Positions 1-13,000 of a stretch of 64,000 nt of DNA are shown in pieces. The notes beneath the pieces were generated by a model. The model had not been told where the DNA came from. It saw nothing but the letters and a program-made list of their open reading frames with translations, and made no database searches. Location of the stretch: positions 6,634,001-6,698,000 of the forward strand of contig CM102285.1 of the NCBI GenBank assembly GCA_046563655.1. The letters run 5' to 3'. Within the stretch, counting starts at the first letter, position 1; each line of letters starts with the position of its first letter. Origin of the DNA: Yuukianura sp. NJ FZ-2021. Taxonomy: Eukaryota. The position numbers and the translations under genes were made by a program.

Positions 1-3000
1 TCTGCAAATTCACAAAATGGCTGTATCTCGAGAAATATGGATTGCCGGTGAAATCTAATTGCAAATTCGGATTCACCGACTTGAAATTGATGTGAGTACA
101 CTTTCAAAGGTGGGTATTTAGAAAGGCAGTTTTTCTAGAATTTTGAAGGGGGTTAAATTGCTCTGCAAATTCACAAAATGGCTGTATCTCGAGAAATATG
201 GATTGCCGGTGAAATCTAATTGCAAATTCGGATTCACCGACTTGAAATTGATGTGAGTACACTTTCAAAGGTGGGTATTTAGAAAGGCAGTTTTTCTAGA
301 ATTTTGAAGGGGGTTAAATTGCTCTGCAAATTCACAAAATGGCTGTATCTCGAGAAATATGGATTGCCGGTGAAATCTAATTGCAAATTCGGATTCACCG
401 ACTTGAAATTGATGTGAGTACACTTTCAAAGGTGGGTATTTAGAAAGGCAGTTTTTCTAGAATTTTGAAGGGGGTTAAATTGCTCTGCAAATTCACAAAA
501 TGGCTGTATCTCGAGAAATATGGATTGCCGGTGAAATCTAATTGCAAATTCGGATTCACCGACTTGAAATTGATGTGAGTACACTTTCAAAGGTGGGTAT
601 TTAGAAAGGCAGTTTTTCTAGAATTTTGAAGGGGGTTAAATTGCTCTGCAAATTCACAAAATGGCTGTATCTCGAGAAATATGGATTGCCGGTGAAATCT
701 AATTGCAAATTCGGATTCACCGACTTGAAATTGATGTGAGTACACTTTCAAAGGTGGGTATTTAGAAAGGCAGTTTTTCTAGAATTTTGAAGGGGTTAAA
801 TTGCTCTGCAAATTCACAAAATGGCTGTATCTCGAGAAATATGGATTGCCGGTGAAATCTAATTGCAAATTCGGATTCACCGACTTGAAATTGATGTGAG
901 TACACTTTCAAAGGTGGGTATTTAGAAAGGCAGTTTTTCTAGAATTTTTAAGGCGTTAAATTGCTCTGCAAATTCACAAAATGGCTGTATCTCGAGAAAT
1001 ATGGATTGCCGGTGAAATCTAATTGCAAATTCGGATTCACCGACTTGAAATTGATGTGAGTACACTTTCAAAGGTGGGTATTTAGAAAGGCAGTTTTTCT
1101 AGAATTTTGAAGGGGTTAAATTGCTCTGCAAATTCACAAAATGGCTGTATCTCGAGAAATATGGATTGCCGGTGAAATCTAATTGCAAATTCGGATTCAC
1201 CGACTTGAAATTGATGTGAGTACACTTTCAAAGGTGGGTATTTAGAAAGGCAGTTTTTCTAGAATTTTGAAGGGGTTAAATTGCTCTGCAAATTCACAAA
1301 ATGGCTGTATCTCGAGAAATATGGATTGCCGGTGAAATCTAATTGCAAATTCGGATTCACCGACTTGAAATTGATGTGAGTACACTTTCAAAGGTGGGTA
1401 TTTAGAAAGGCAGTTTTTCTAGAATTTTGTAAGCGGATAAATTGCTCTGCAAATTCACAAAATGGCTGTATCTCGAGAAATATGGATTGCCGGTGAAATC
1501 TAATTGCAAATTCGGATTCACCGACTTGAAATTGATGTGAGTACACTTTCAAAGGTGGGTATTTAGAAAGGCAGTTTTTCTAGAATTTTGAAGGGGTTAA
1601 ATTGCTCTGCAAATTCACAAAATGGCTGTATCTCGAGAAATATGGATTGCCGGTGAAATCTAATTGCAAATTCGGATTCACCGACTTGAAATTGATGTGA
1701 GTACACTTTCAAAGGTGGGTATTTAGAAAGGCAGTTTTTCTAGAATTTTGAAGGGGTTAAATTGCTCTGCAAATTCACAAAATGGCTGTATCTCGAGAAA
1801 TATGGATTGCCGGTGAAATCTAATTGCAAATTCGGATTCACCGACTTGAAATTGATGTGAGTACACTTTCAAAGGTGGGTATTTAGAAAGGCAGTTTTTC
1901 TAGAATTTTGAAGGGGTTAAATTGCTCTGCAAATTCACAAAATGGCTGTATCTCGAGAAATATGGATTGCCGGTGAAATCTAATTGCAAATTCGGATTCA
2001 CCGACTTGAAATTGATGTGAGTACACTTTCAAAGGTGGGTATTTAGAAAGGCAGTTTTTCTAGAATTTTGAAGGGGGTTAAATTGCTCTGCAAATTCACA
2101 AAATGGCTGTATCTCGAGAAATATGGATTGCCGGTGAAATCTAATTGCAAATTCGGATTCACCGACTTGAAATTGATGTGAGTACACTTTCAAAGGTGGG
2201 TATTTAGAAAGGCAGTTTTTCTAGAATTTTGAAGGGGTTAAATTGCTCTGCAAATTCACAAAATGGCTGTATCTCGAGAAATATGGATTGCCGGTGAAAT
2301 CTAATTGCAAATTCGGATTCACCGACTTGAAATTGATGTGAGTACACTTTCAAAGGTGGGTATTTAGAAAGGCAGTTTTTCTAGAATTTTGAAAGGGGTT
2401 AAGTTGCTCTGCAAATTCACAAAATGGCTGTATCTCGAGAAATATGGATTGCCGGTGAAATCTAATTGCAAATTCGGATTCACCGACTTGAAATTGATGT
2501 GAGTACACTTTCAAAGGTGGGTATTTAGAAAGGCAGTTTTTCTAGAATTTTGAAGGGGGTTAAATTGCTCTGCAAATTCACAAAATGGCTGTATCTCGAG
2601 AAATATGGATTGCCGGTGAAATCTAATTGCAAATTCGGATTCACCGACTTGAAATTGATGTGAGTACACTTTCAAAGGTGGGTATTTAGAAAGGCAGTTT
2701 TTCTAGAATTTTGAAGGGGTTAAATTGCTCTGCAAATTCACAAAATGGCTGTATCTCGAGAAATATGGATTGCCGGTGAAATCTAATTGCAAATTCGGAT
2801 TCACCGACTTGAAATTGATGTGAGTACACTTTCAAAGGTGGGTATTTAGAAAGGCAGTTTTTCTAGAATTTTGAGGGGGTTAAATTGCTCTGCAAATTCA
2901 CAAAATGGCTGTATCTCGAGAAATATGGATTGCCGGTGAAATCTAATTGCAAATTCGGATTCACCGACTTGAAATTGATGTGAGTACACTTTCAAAGGTG

Positions 3001-6000
3001 GGTATTTAGAAAGGCAGTTTTTCTAGAATTTTGTATGGGGTTAAATTGCTCTGCAAATTCACAAAATGGCTGTATCTCGAGAAATATGGATTGCCGGTGA
3101 AATCTAATTGCAAATTCGGATTCACCGACTTGAAATTGATGTGAGTACACTTTCAAAGGTGGGTATTTAGAAAGGCAGTTTTTCTAGAATTTTGAAGGGG
3201 TTAAATTGCTCTGCAAATTCACAAAATGGCTGTATCTCGAGAAATATGGATTGCCGGTGAAATCTAATTGCAAATTCGGATTCACCGACTTGAAATTGAT
3301 GTGAGTACACTTTCAAAGGTGGGTATTTAGAAAGGCAGTTTTTCTAGAATTTTGAAGGGGTTAAATTGCTCTGCAAATTCACAAAATGGCTGTATCTCGA
3401 GAAATATGGATTGCCGGTGAAATCTAATTGCAAATTCGGATTCACCGACTTGAAATTGATGTGAGTACACTTTCAAAGGTGGGTATTTAGAAAGGCAGTT
3501 TTTCTAGAATTTTGAAGGGGTTAAATTGCTCTGCAAATTCACAAAATGGCTGTATCTCGAGAAATATGGATTGCCGGTGAAATCTAATTGCAAATTCGGA
3601 TTCACCGACTTGAAATTGATGTGAGTACACTTTCAAAGGTGGGTATTTAGAAAGGCAGTTTTTCTAGAATTTTGAAGGGGGTTAAATTGCTCTGCAAATT
3701 CACAAAATGGCTGTATCTCGAGAAATATGGATTGCCGGTGAAATCTAATTGCAAATTCGGATTCACCGACTTGAAATTGATGTGAGTACACTTTCAAAGG
3801 TGGGTATTTAGAAAGGCAGTTTTTCTAGAATTTTGAAGGGGGTTAAATTGCTCTGCAAATTCACAAAATGGCTGTATCTCGAGAAATATGGATTGCCGGT
3901 GAAATCTAATTGCAAATTCGGATTCACCGACTTGAAATTGATGTGAGTACACTTTCAAAGGTGGGTATTTAGAAAGGCAGTTTTTCTAGAATTTTGAAGG
4001 GGTTAAATTGCTCTGCAAATTCACAAAATGGCTGTATCTCGAGAAATATGGATTGCCGGTGAAATCTAATTGCAAATTCGGATTCACCGACTTGAAATTG
4101 ATGTGAGTACACTTTCAAAGGTGGGTATTTAGAAAGGCAGTTTTTCTAGAATTTTGAAGGGGTTAAATTGCTCTGCAAATTCACAAAATGGCTGTATCTC
4201 GAGAAATATGGATTGCCGGTGAAATCTAATTGCAAATTCGGATTCACCGACTTGAAATTGATGTGAGTACACTTTCAAAGGTGGGTATTTAGAAAGGCAG
4301 TTTTTCTAGAATTTTGAAGGGGTTAAATTGCTCTGCAAATTCACAAAATGGCTGTATCTCGAGAAATATGGATTGCCGGTGAAATCTAATTGCAAATTCG
4401 GATTCACCGACTTGAAATTGATGTGAGTACACTTTCAAAGGTGGGTATTTAGAAAGGCAGTTTTTCTAGAATTTTGAAGGGGGTTAAATTGCTCTGCAAA
4501 TTCACAAAATGGCTGTATCTCGAGAAATATGGATTGCCGGTGAAATCTAATTGCAAATTCGGATTCACCGACTTGAAATTGATGTGAGTACACTTTCAAA
4601 GGTGGGTATTTAGAAAGGCAGTTTTTCTAGAATTTTGAAGGGGGTTAAATTGCTCTGCAAATTCACAAAATGGCTGTATCTCGAGAAATATGGATTGCCG
4701 GTGAAATCTAATTGCAAATTCGGATTCACCGACTTGAAATTGATGTGAGTACACTTTCAAAGGTGGGTATTTAGAAAGGCAGTTTTTCTAGAATTTTGAA
4801 GGGGGTTAAATTGCTCTGCAAATTCACAAAATGGCTGTATCTCGAGAAATATGGATTGCCGGTGAAATCTAATTGCAAATTCGGATTCACCGACTTGAAA
4901 TTGATGTGAGTACACTTTCAAAGGTGGGTATTTAGAAAGGCAGTTTTTCTAGAATTTTGAAGGGGTTAAATTGCTCTGCAAATTCACAAAATGGCTGTAT
5001 CTCGAGAAATATGGATTGCCGGTGAAATCTAATTGCAAATTCGGATTCACCGACTTGAAATTGATGTGAGTACACTTTCAAAGGTGGGTATTTAGAAAGG
5101 CAGTTTTTCTAGAATTTTGAAGGGGTTAAATTGCTCTGCAAATTCACAAAATGGCTGTATCTCGAGAAATATGGATTGCCGGTGAAATCTAATTGCAAAT
5201 TCGGATTCACCGACTTGAAATTGATGTGAGTACACTTTCAAAGGTGGGTATTTAGAAAGGCAGTTTTTCTAGAATTTTGAAGGGTTTTAAATTGCTCTGC
5301 AAATTCACAAAATGGCTGTATCTCGAGAAATATGGATTTCCGGTGAAATCTAATTGCAAATTCGGATTCACCGACTTGAAATTGATGTGAGTACACTTTC
5401 AAAGGTGGGTATTTAGAAAGGCAGTTTTTCTAGAATTTTGAAGGGGGTTAAATTGCTCTGCAAATTCACAAAATGGCTGTATCTCGAGAAATATGGATTG
5501 CCGGTGAAATCTAATTGCAAATTCGGATTCACCGACTTGAAATTGATGTGAGTACACTTTCAAAGGTGGGTATTTAGAAAGGCAGTTTTTCTAGAATTTT
5601 GAAGGGGGTTAAATTGCTCTGCAAATTCACAAAATGGCTGTATCTCGAGAAATATGGATTGCCGGTGAAATCTAATTGCAAATTCGGATTCACCGACTTG
5701 AAATTGATGTGAGTACACTTTCAAAGGTGGGTATTTAGAAAGGCAGTTTTTCTAGAATTTTGAAGGGGTTAAATTGCTCTGCAAATTCACAAAATGGCTG
5801 TATCTCGAGAAATATGGATTGCCGGTGAAATCTAATTGCAAATTCGGATTCACCGACTTGAAATTGATGTGAGTACACTTTCAAAGGTGGGTATTTAGAA
5901 AGGCAGTTTTTCTAGAATTTTGACAGGGGTTAAATTGCTCTGCAAATTCACAAAATGGCTGTATCTCGAGAAATATGGATTGCCGGTGAAATCTAATTGC

Positions 6001-6982
6001 AAATTCGGATTCACCGACTTGAAATTGATGTGAGTACACTTTCAAAGGTGGGTATTTAGAAAGGCAGTTTTTCTAGAATTTTGAAGGGGTTAAATTGCTC
6101 TGCAAATTCACAAAATGGCTGTATCTCGAGAAATATGGATTTCCGGTGAAATCTAATTGCAAATTCGGATTCACCGACTTGAAATTGATGTGAGTACACT
6201 TTCAAAGGTGGACATTTAGAAAGGCAGTTTTTCTAGAATTTTGTAAGGGGAAAATTGCTCTGCAAATTCACAAAATGGCTGTATCTCGAGAAATATGGAT
6301 TTCCGGTGAAATCTAATTGCAAATTCGGATTCACCGACTTGAAATTGATGTGAGTACACTTTCAAAGGTGGGTATTTAGAAAGGCAGTTTTTCTAGAATT
6401 TTGAAGGGGTTAAATTGCTCTGCAAATTCACAAAATGGCTGTATCTCGAGAAATATGGATTGCCGGTGAAATCTAATTGCAAATTCGGATTCACCGACTT
6501 GAAATTGATGTGAGTACACTTTCAAAGGTGGGTATTTAGAAAGGCAGTTTTTCTAGAATTTTGAAGGGGGTTAAATTGCTCTGCAAATTCACAAAATGGC
6601 TGTATCTCGAGAAATATGGATTGCCGGTGAAATCTAATTGCAAATTCGGATTCACCGACTTGAAATTGATGTGAGTACACTTTCAAAGGTGGGTATTTAG
6701 AAAGGCAGTTTTTCTAGAATTTTGAAGGGGGTTAAATTGCTCTGCAAATTCACAAAATGGCTGTATCTCGAGAAATATGGATTGCCGGTGAAATCTAATT
6801 GCAAATTCGGATTCACCGACTTGAAATTGATGTGAGTACACTTTCAAAGGTGGGTATTTAGAAAGGCAGTTTTTCTAGAATTTTGAAGGGGGTTAAATTG
6901 CTCTGCAAATTCACAAAATGGCTGTATCTCGAGAAATATGGATTTCCGGTGAAATCTAATTGCAAATTCGGATTCACCGACT
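1..6982. repeat. Satellite A: highly homogeneous 160/161-bp tandem repeat, about 43.5 copies, truncated by the window start and by the gap
   Basis: The monomer TCTGCAAATTCACAAAATGGCTGTATCTCGAGAAATATGGATTGCCGGTGAAATCTAATTGCAAATTCGGATTCACCGACTTGAAATTGATGTGAGTACACTTTCAAAGGTGGGTATTTAGAAAGGCAGTTTTTCTAGAATTTTGAAGGGG(G)TTAAATTGC restarts at 1, 162, 323, 484 and so on. The period is mostly 161 or 160 depending on G5 versus G4. Each unit has one XhoI site (CTCGAG) and one XbaI site (TCTAGA). Confidence 0.99.
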
Positions 6983-7082
6983 NNNNNNNNNNNNNNNNNN
7001 NNNNNNNNNNNNNNNNNNNNNNNNNNNNNNNNNNNNNNNNNNNNNNNNNNNNNNNNNNNNNNNNNNNNNNNNNNNNNNNNNN
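6983..7082. other. Assembly/scaffolding gap (exactly 100 N)
   Basis: Run of 100 N. This round number is the usual placeholder for a gap of unknown size. Confidence 0.99.
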
Positions 7083-10000
7083 GGAGTTTTTAATGAAAAA
7101 AAATGATTTTTTGGTGAAAAATTGAGCTTGGAACACTTCAGATGGGCTTTCACAAGCATAATTTCGGTTTGCAATTTTGACATCTCAGATAGCCCAGAAT
7201 GACTTTTTGGGGAGTTTTTAATGAAAAAAAATGATTTTTTGGGGAAAAATTGAGCTTGGAACAATTCAGATGGGCTTTCACAAGCATAATTTCGGTTTGC
7301 AATTTTGACATCTCCGATAGCCCAGAATGACTTTTTTGGAGTTTTTAAAGAAAAAAAAATGATTTTTTGGTGAAAAATTGAGCTTTGAACAATTCAGATG
7401 GGCTTTCACAAGCATAATTTCGGTTTGCAATTTTGACATCTGAGATAGCCCAGAATGACTTTTTGGGGAGTTTTTAATGAAAAAAAATGATTTTTTGGTG
7501 AAAAATTGAGCTTGGAACACTTCAGATGGGCTTTCACAAGCATAATTTCGGTTTGCAATTTTGACATCTCAGATAGCCCAGAATGACTTTTTGGGGAGTT
7601 TTTAATGAAAAAAAAATGATTTTTTGGTGAAAAATTGAGCTTGGAACACTTCAGATGGGCTTTTACAAGCATAATTTTGGTTTGCAATTTTGACATCTCA
7701 GATAGCCCAGAATGACTTTTTGGGGGGTTTTTAATGAAAAAAAAATGATTTTTTGGTGAAAAATTGAGCTTGGAACAATTCAGATGGGCTTTCACAAGCA
7801 TAATTTCGGTTTGCAATTTTGACATCTCAGATAGCCCAGAATGACTTTTTGGGGAGTTTTTAATGAAAAATAAATGATTTTTTGGTGATAAAATTGAGCT
7901 TTGAACACTTCAGATGGGCTTTCACAAGCATAATTTCGGTTTGTAATTTTGACATATCAGATAGCCCAGAATGACTTTTTTGGGAGTTTTTAAAGAAAAA
8001 AAAATGATTTTTTGGTGAAAAATTGAGCTTGGAACACTTCAGATGGGCTTTCACAAGCATAATTTCGGTTTGCAATTTTGACATCTCAGATAGCCCAGAA
8101 TGACTTTTTGGGGAGTTTTTAATGAAAAAAAATGATTTTTTGGTGAAAAATTGAGCTTGGAACACTTCAGATGGGCTTTCACAAGCATAATTTCGGTTTG
8201 CAATTTTGACATCTCAGATAGCCCAGAATGACTTTTTGGGGAGTTTTTAATGAAAAAAAATGATTTTTTGGTGAAAAATTGAGCTTTGGAACACTTCAGA
8301 TGGGCTTTCACAAGCATAATTTCGGTTTGCAATTTTGACATCTGAGATAGCCCAGAATGACTTTTTGGGGAGTTTTTAATGAAAAAAAAATGATTTTTTG
8401 GTGAAAAATTGAGCTTGGAACACTTCAGATGGGCTTTCACAAGCATAATTTCGGTTTGCAATTTTGACATATCAGATAGCCCATAATGACTTTTTTAGGA
8501 GTTTTTAATGAAAAAAAAATGATTTTTTGGTGAAAAATTGAGCTTTGAACACTTCAGATGGGCTTTCACAAGCATAATTTCGGTTTGATATTTGGCATAT
8601 CAGATAGCCCATAATGACTTTTTTAGGAGTTTTTAATGAAAAAAAAATGATTTTTTGTTGAAAAATTGAGTTTGGTACACTTCAGATGGGCGTTCAGAAG
8701 CATAATATCGGATTGCAATTTTGACTTCTCATATTGCCCAGAATGACTTTTTGGGGAGTTTTTAATGAAAAAAATGATTTTTTGGTGAAAAATTGAGCTT
8801 GGAACAATTCAGATGGGCTTTCACAAGCATAATTTCGGTTTGCAATTTTGACTTCACACATTGCCCAGAATGACTTTTTGGGGAGTTTTTAATGAAAAAA
8901 TGGATTTTTTGGGGAAAAATTGAGCTTGGAACACTTCAGATGGGCTTTCACAAGCATAATTTCGGTTTGCAATTTTGACATCTCAGATAGCCCAGAATGA
9001 CTTTTTGGGGAGTTTTTAATGAAAAAAAAATGATTTTTTGGTGAAAAATTGAGCTTGGAACACTTCAGATGGGCTTTCACAAGCATAATTTCGGTTTGCA
9101 ATTTTGACATCTCAGATAGCCCAGAATGACTTTTTGGGAGTTTTTAATGAAAAAAAAATGATTTTTTGGTGAAAAATTGATTGGAACGCTTCAGATGGGC
9201 TTTAACAAGCATAATATCGGATTGCAATTTTGACTTCACACATTGCCCAGAATGACTTTTTGGGGAGTTTTTAATGAAAAAATGGATTTTTTTGAGAAAA
9301 ATTGAGTTTGGTACACTTCAGATGGGCTTTCACAAGCATAATTTCGGTTTGCAATTTTGACATCTCCGATAGCCCAGAATGACTTTTTTGGAGTTTTTAA
9401 AGAAAAAAAAAATGATTTTTTGGTGAAAAATTGAGCTTTGAACACTTCAGATGGGCTTTCGCAAGCATAATTTCGGTTTGCAATTTTGACATCTCAGATA
9501 GCCCAGAATGACTTTTTTGGAGTTTTTAAAGAAAAAAAATGATTTTTTGGTGAAAAATTGAGTTTGGTACACTTCAGATGGGCTTTCAGAGGCATAATAT
9601 GGGTTTGCAATTTTGCCCTCACACATCGCCCAGAATGACTTTTTGGGGTGTTTTTAATGGAAAGAATGCATTTTTTTTTAGAAAAATTGAGCTTGGTACA
9701 CTTCAGATGGGCTTTTACAAGCATAATTTCGGTTTGCAATTTTGACATCTCAGATAGCCCAGAATGACTTTTTGGGGAGTTTTTAATGAAAAAAAATGAT
9801 TTTTTGGTGAAAAATTGAGCTTGGAACAATTCAGATGGGCTTTCACAAGCATAATTTCGGTTTGCAATTTTGACATCTCAGATAGCCCAGAATGACTTTT
9901 TGGGGAGTTTTTAATGAAAAAAAATGATTTTTTGGTGAAAAATTGAGCTTTGGAACACTTCAGATGGGCTTTCACAAGCATAATCTCGGTTTGCAATTTT

Positions 10001-13000
10001 GACATCTCCGATAGCCCAGAATGACTTTTTTGGAGTTTTTAATGAAAAAAAAATGATTTTTTGGTGAAAAATTGAGCTTTGGAACACTTCAGATGGGCTT
10101 TCACAAGCATAATTTCGGTTTGCAATTTTGACATCTCAGATAGCAAAGATTGACTTTTTGGGGAGTTTTTAATGAAAAAAAATGATTTTTTGGTGAAAAA
10201 TTGAGCTTGGAACAATTCAGATGGGCTTTCACAAGCATAATTTCGGTTTGCAATTTTGACATCTCAGATAGCCCAGAATGACTTTTTGGGGAGTTTTTAA
10301 TGAAAAAAAAATGATTTTTTGGTGATAAAATTGAGCTTTGAACACTTCAGATGGGCTTTCGCAAGCATAATTTCGGTTTGCAATTTTGACATCTCCGATA
10401 GCCCAGAATGACTTTTTTGGAGTTTTTAATGAAAAAAAATGATTTTTTGGTGAAAAATTGAGCTTGGAACACTTCAGATGGGCTTTCACAAGCATAATTT
10501 CGGTTTGCAATTTTGACATCTCCGATAGCCCAGAATGACTTTTTTGGAGTTTTTAAAGAAAAAAAATGATTTTTTGGTGAAAATTGAGCTTGGAACAATT
10601 CAGATGGGCTTTCACAAACATAATTTCGGTTTGCAATTTTGACATCTCAGATAGCCCAGATTGACTTTTTTGGGGAGTTTTTAATGAAAAAAAAATGATT
10701 TTTTGGTGAAAAATTGAGCTTGGAACAATTCAGATGGGCTTTCACAAGCATAATTTCGGTTTGCAATTTTGACATCTCAGATAGCCCAGAATGACTTTTT
10801 GGGGAGTTTTTAATGAAAAAAAAATGATTTTTTGGTGAAAAATTGAGCTTGGAACAATTCAGATGGGCTTTCACAAGCATAATTTCGGTTTGCAATTTTG
10901 ACATCTCAGATAGCCCAGAATGACTTTTTGGGGAGTTTTTAATGAAAAAAAATGATTTTTTGGTGAAAAATTGAGCTTTGAACACTTCAGATGGGCTTTC
11001 GCAAGCATAATTTCGGTTTGCAATTTTGACATCTCCGATAGCCCAGAATGACTTTTTTGGAGTTTTTAAAGAAAAAAAAAATGATTTTTTGGTGAAAAAT
11101 TGAGCTTTGAACACTTCAGATGGGCTTTCGCAAGCATAATTTCGGTTTGCAATTTTGACATCTGAGATAGCCCAGAATGACTTTTTGGGGAGTTTTTAAT
11201 GAAAAAAAATGATTTTTTGGTGAAAATTGAGCTTGGAACACTTCAGATGGGCTTTCACAAGCATAATTTCGGTTTGCAATTTTGACATCTCAGATAGCCC
11301 AGAATGACTTTTTGGGGAGTTTTTAATGAAAAAAATGATTTTTTGGGGAAAAATTGAGCTTGGAACAATTCAGATGGGCTTTCACAAGCATAATTTCGGT
11401 TTGCAATTTTGACATCTCAGATAGCCCAGAATGACTTTTTGGGGAGTTTTTAATGAAAAAAAATGATTTTTTGGTGAAAATTGAGCTTGGAACAATTCAG
11501 ATGGGCTTTCACAAGCATAATTTCGGTTTGCAATTTTGACATCTCAGATAGCCCAGAATGACTTTTGGGGAGTTTTTAATGAAAAAAAAATGATTTTTTG
11601 GTGAAAAATTGAGCTTGGAACAATTCAGATGGGCTTTCACAAGCATAATTTCGGTTTGCAATTTTGACATCTCAGATAGCCCAGAATGACTTTTTGGGGA
11701 GTTTTTATTGAAAAAAAATGATTTTTTGGTGATAAAATTGAGCTTTGAACACTTCAGATGGGCTTTCGCAAGCATAATTTCGGTTTGCAATTTTGACATC
11801 TCCGATAGCCCAGAATGACTTTTTTGGAGTTTTTAAAGAAAAAAAATGATTTTTTGGTGAAAAATTGAGCTTTGAACACTTCAGATGGGCTTTCGCAAGC
11901 ATAATTTCGGTTTGCAATTTTGACATCTGAGATAGCCCAGAATGACTTTTTGGGGAGTTTTTAATAAAAAAAAATGATTTTTTTATGAAAAATTGAGCTT
12001 GGAACACTTCAGATGGGCTTTCACAAACATAATTTCGGTTTGCAATTTTGACATCTCAGATAGCCCAGATTGACTTTTTGGGGAGTTTTTAATGAAAAAA
12101 AAATGATTTTTTGGGGAAAAATTGAGCTTGGAACAATTCAGATGGGCTTTCACAAGCATAATTTCGGTTTGCAATTTTGACATCTCAGATAGCCCAGAAT
12201 GACTTTTTGGGGAGTTTTTAATGAAAAAAAATGATTTTTTGGTGAAAAATTGAGCTTGGAACACTTCAGATGGGCTTTCACAAGCATAATCTCGGTTTGC
12301 AATTTTGACATCTCCGATAGCCCAGAATGACTTTTTGGAGTTTTTAAATGAAAAAAAAATGATTTTTTGGTGAAAAATTGAGCTTTGAACACTTCAGATG
12401 GGCTTTCACAAGCATAATTTCGGTTTGCAATTTTGACATATCAGATAGCCCAGAATGACTTTTTGAGGAGTTTTTAATGAAAAAAAAATGATTTTTTGGT
12501 GAAAAATTGAGCTTGGAACACTTCAGATGGGCTTTCACAAGCATAATTTCGGTTTGATATTTGGCATATCAGATAGCCCATAATGACTTTTTGAGGAGTT
12601 TTTAATGAAAAAAAATGATTTTTTGGTGAAAAATTGAGCTTTGAACACTTCAGATGGGCTTTCACAAGCATAATTTCGGTTTGATATTTGGCATATCAGA
12701 TAGCCCATAATGACTTTTTTAGGAGTTTTTAATGAAAAAAAAATGATTTTTTTGTGAAAAATTGAGCTTTGAACACTTCAGATGGGCTTTCGCAAGCATA
12801 ATTTCGGTTTGCGATTTTGACTCCTCGGATAGCCCAGAATGACTTTTTGGGAGTTTTTAATGAAAAAAAATGATTTTTTGGTGAAAAATTGAGCTTGGAA
12901 CACTTCAGATGGGCTTTCACAAGCATAATTTCGGTTTGCAATTTTGACATCTCAGATAGCCCAGAATGACTTTTTGGGGAGTTTTTAATGAAAAAAAAAT

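Noticed and set aside
1..6982. CRISPR-like array
   Set aside because: The whole unit is repeated with no unique spacers, the variable spot is only a few bases, and there are no cas genes or leader.
6982..7083. Direct junction between satellite A and satellite B
   Set aside because: They are separated by a 100-N placeholder, so true adjacency, distance and relative orientation are not established.
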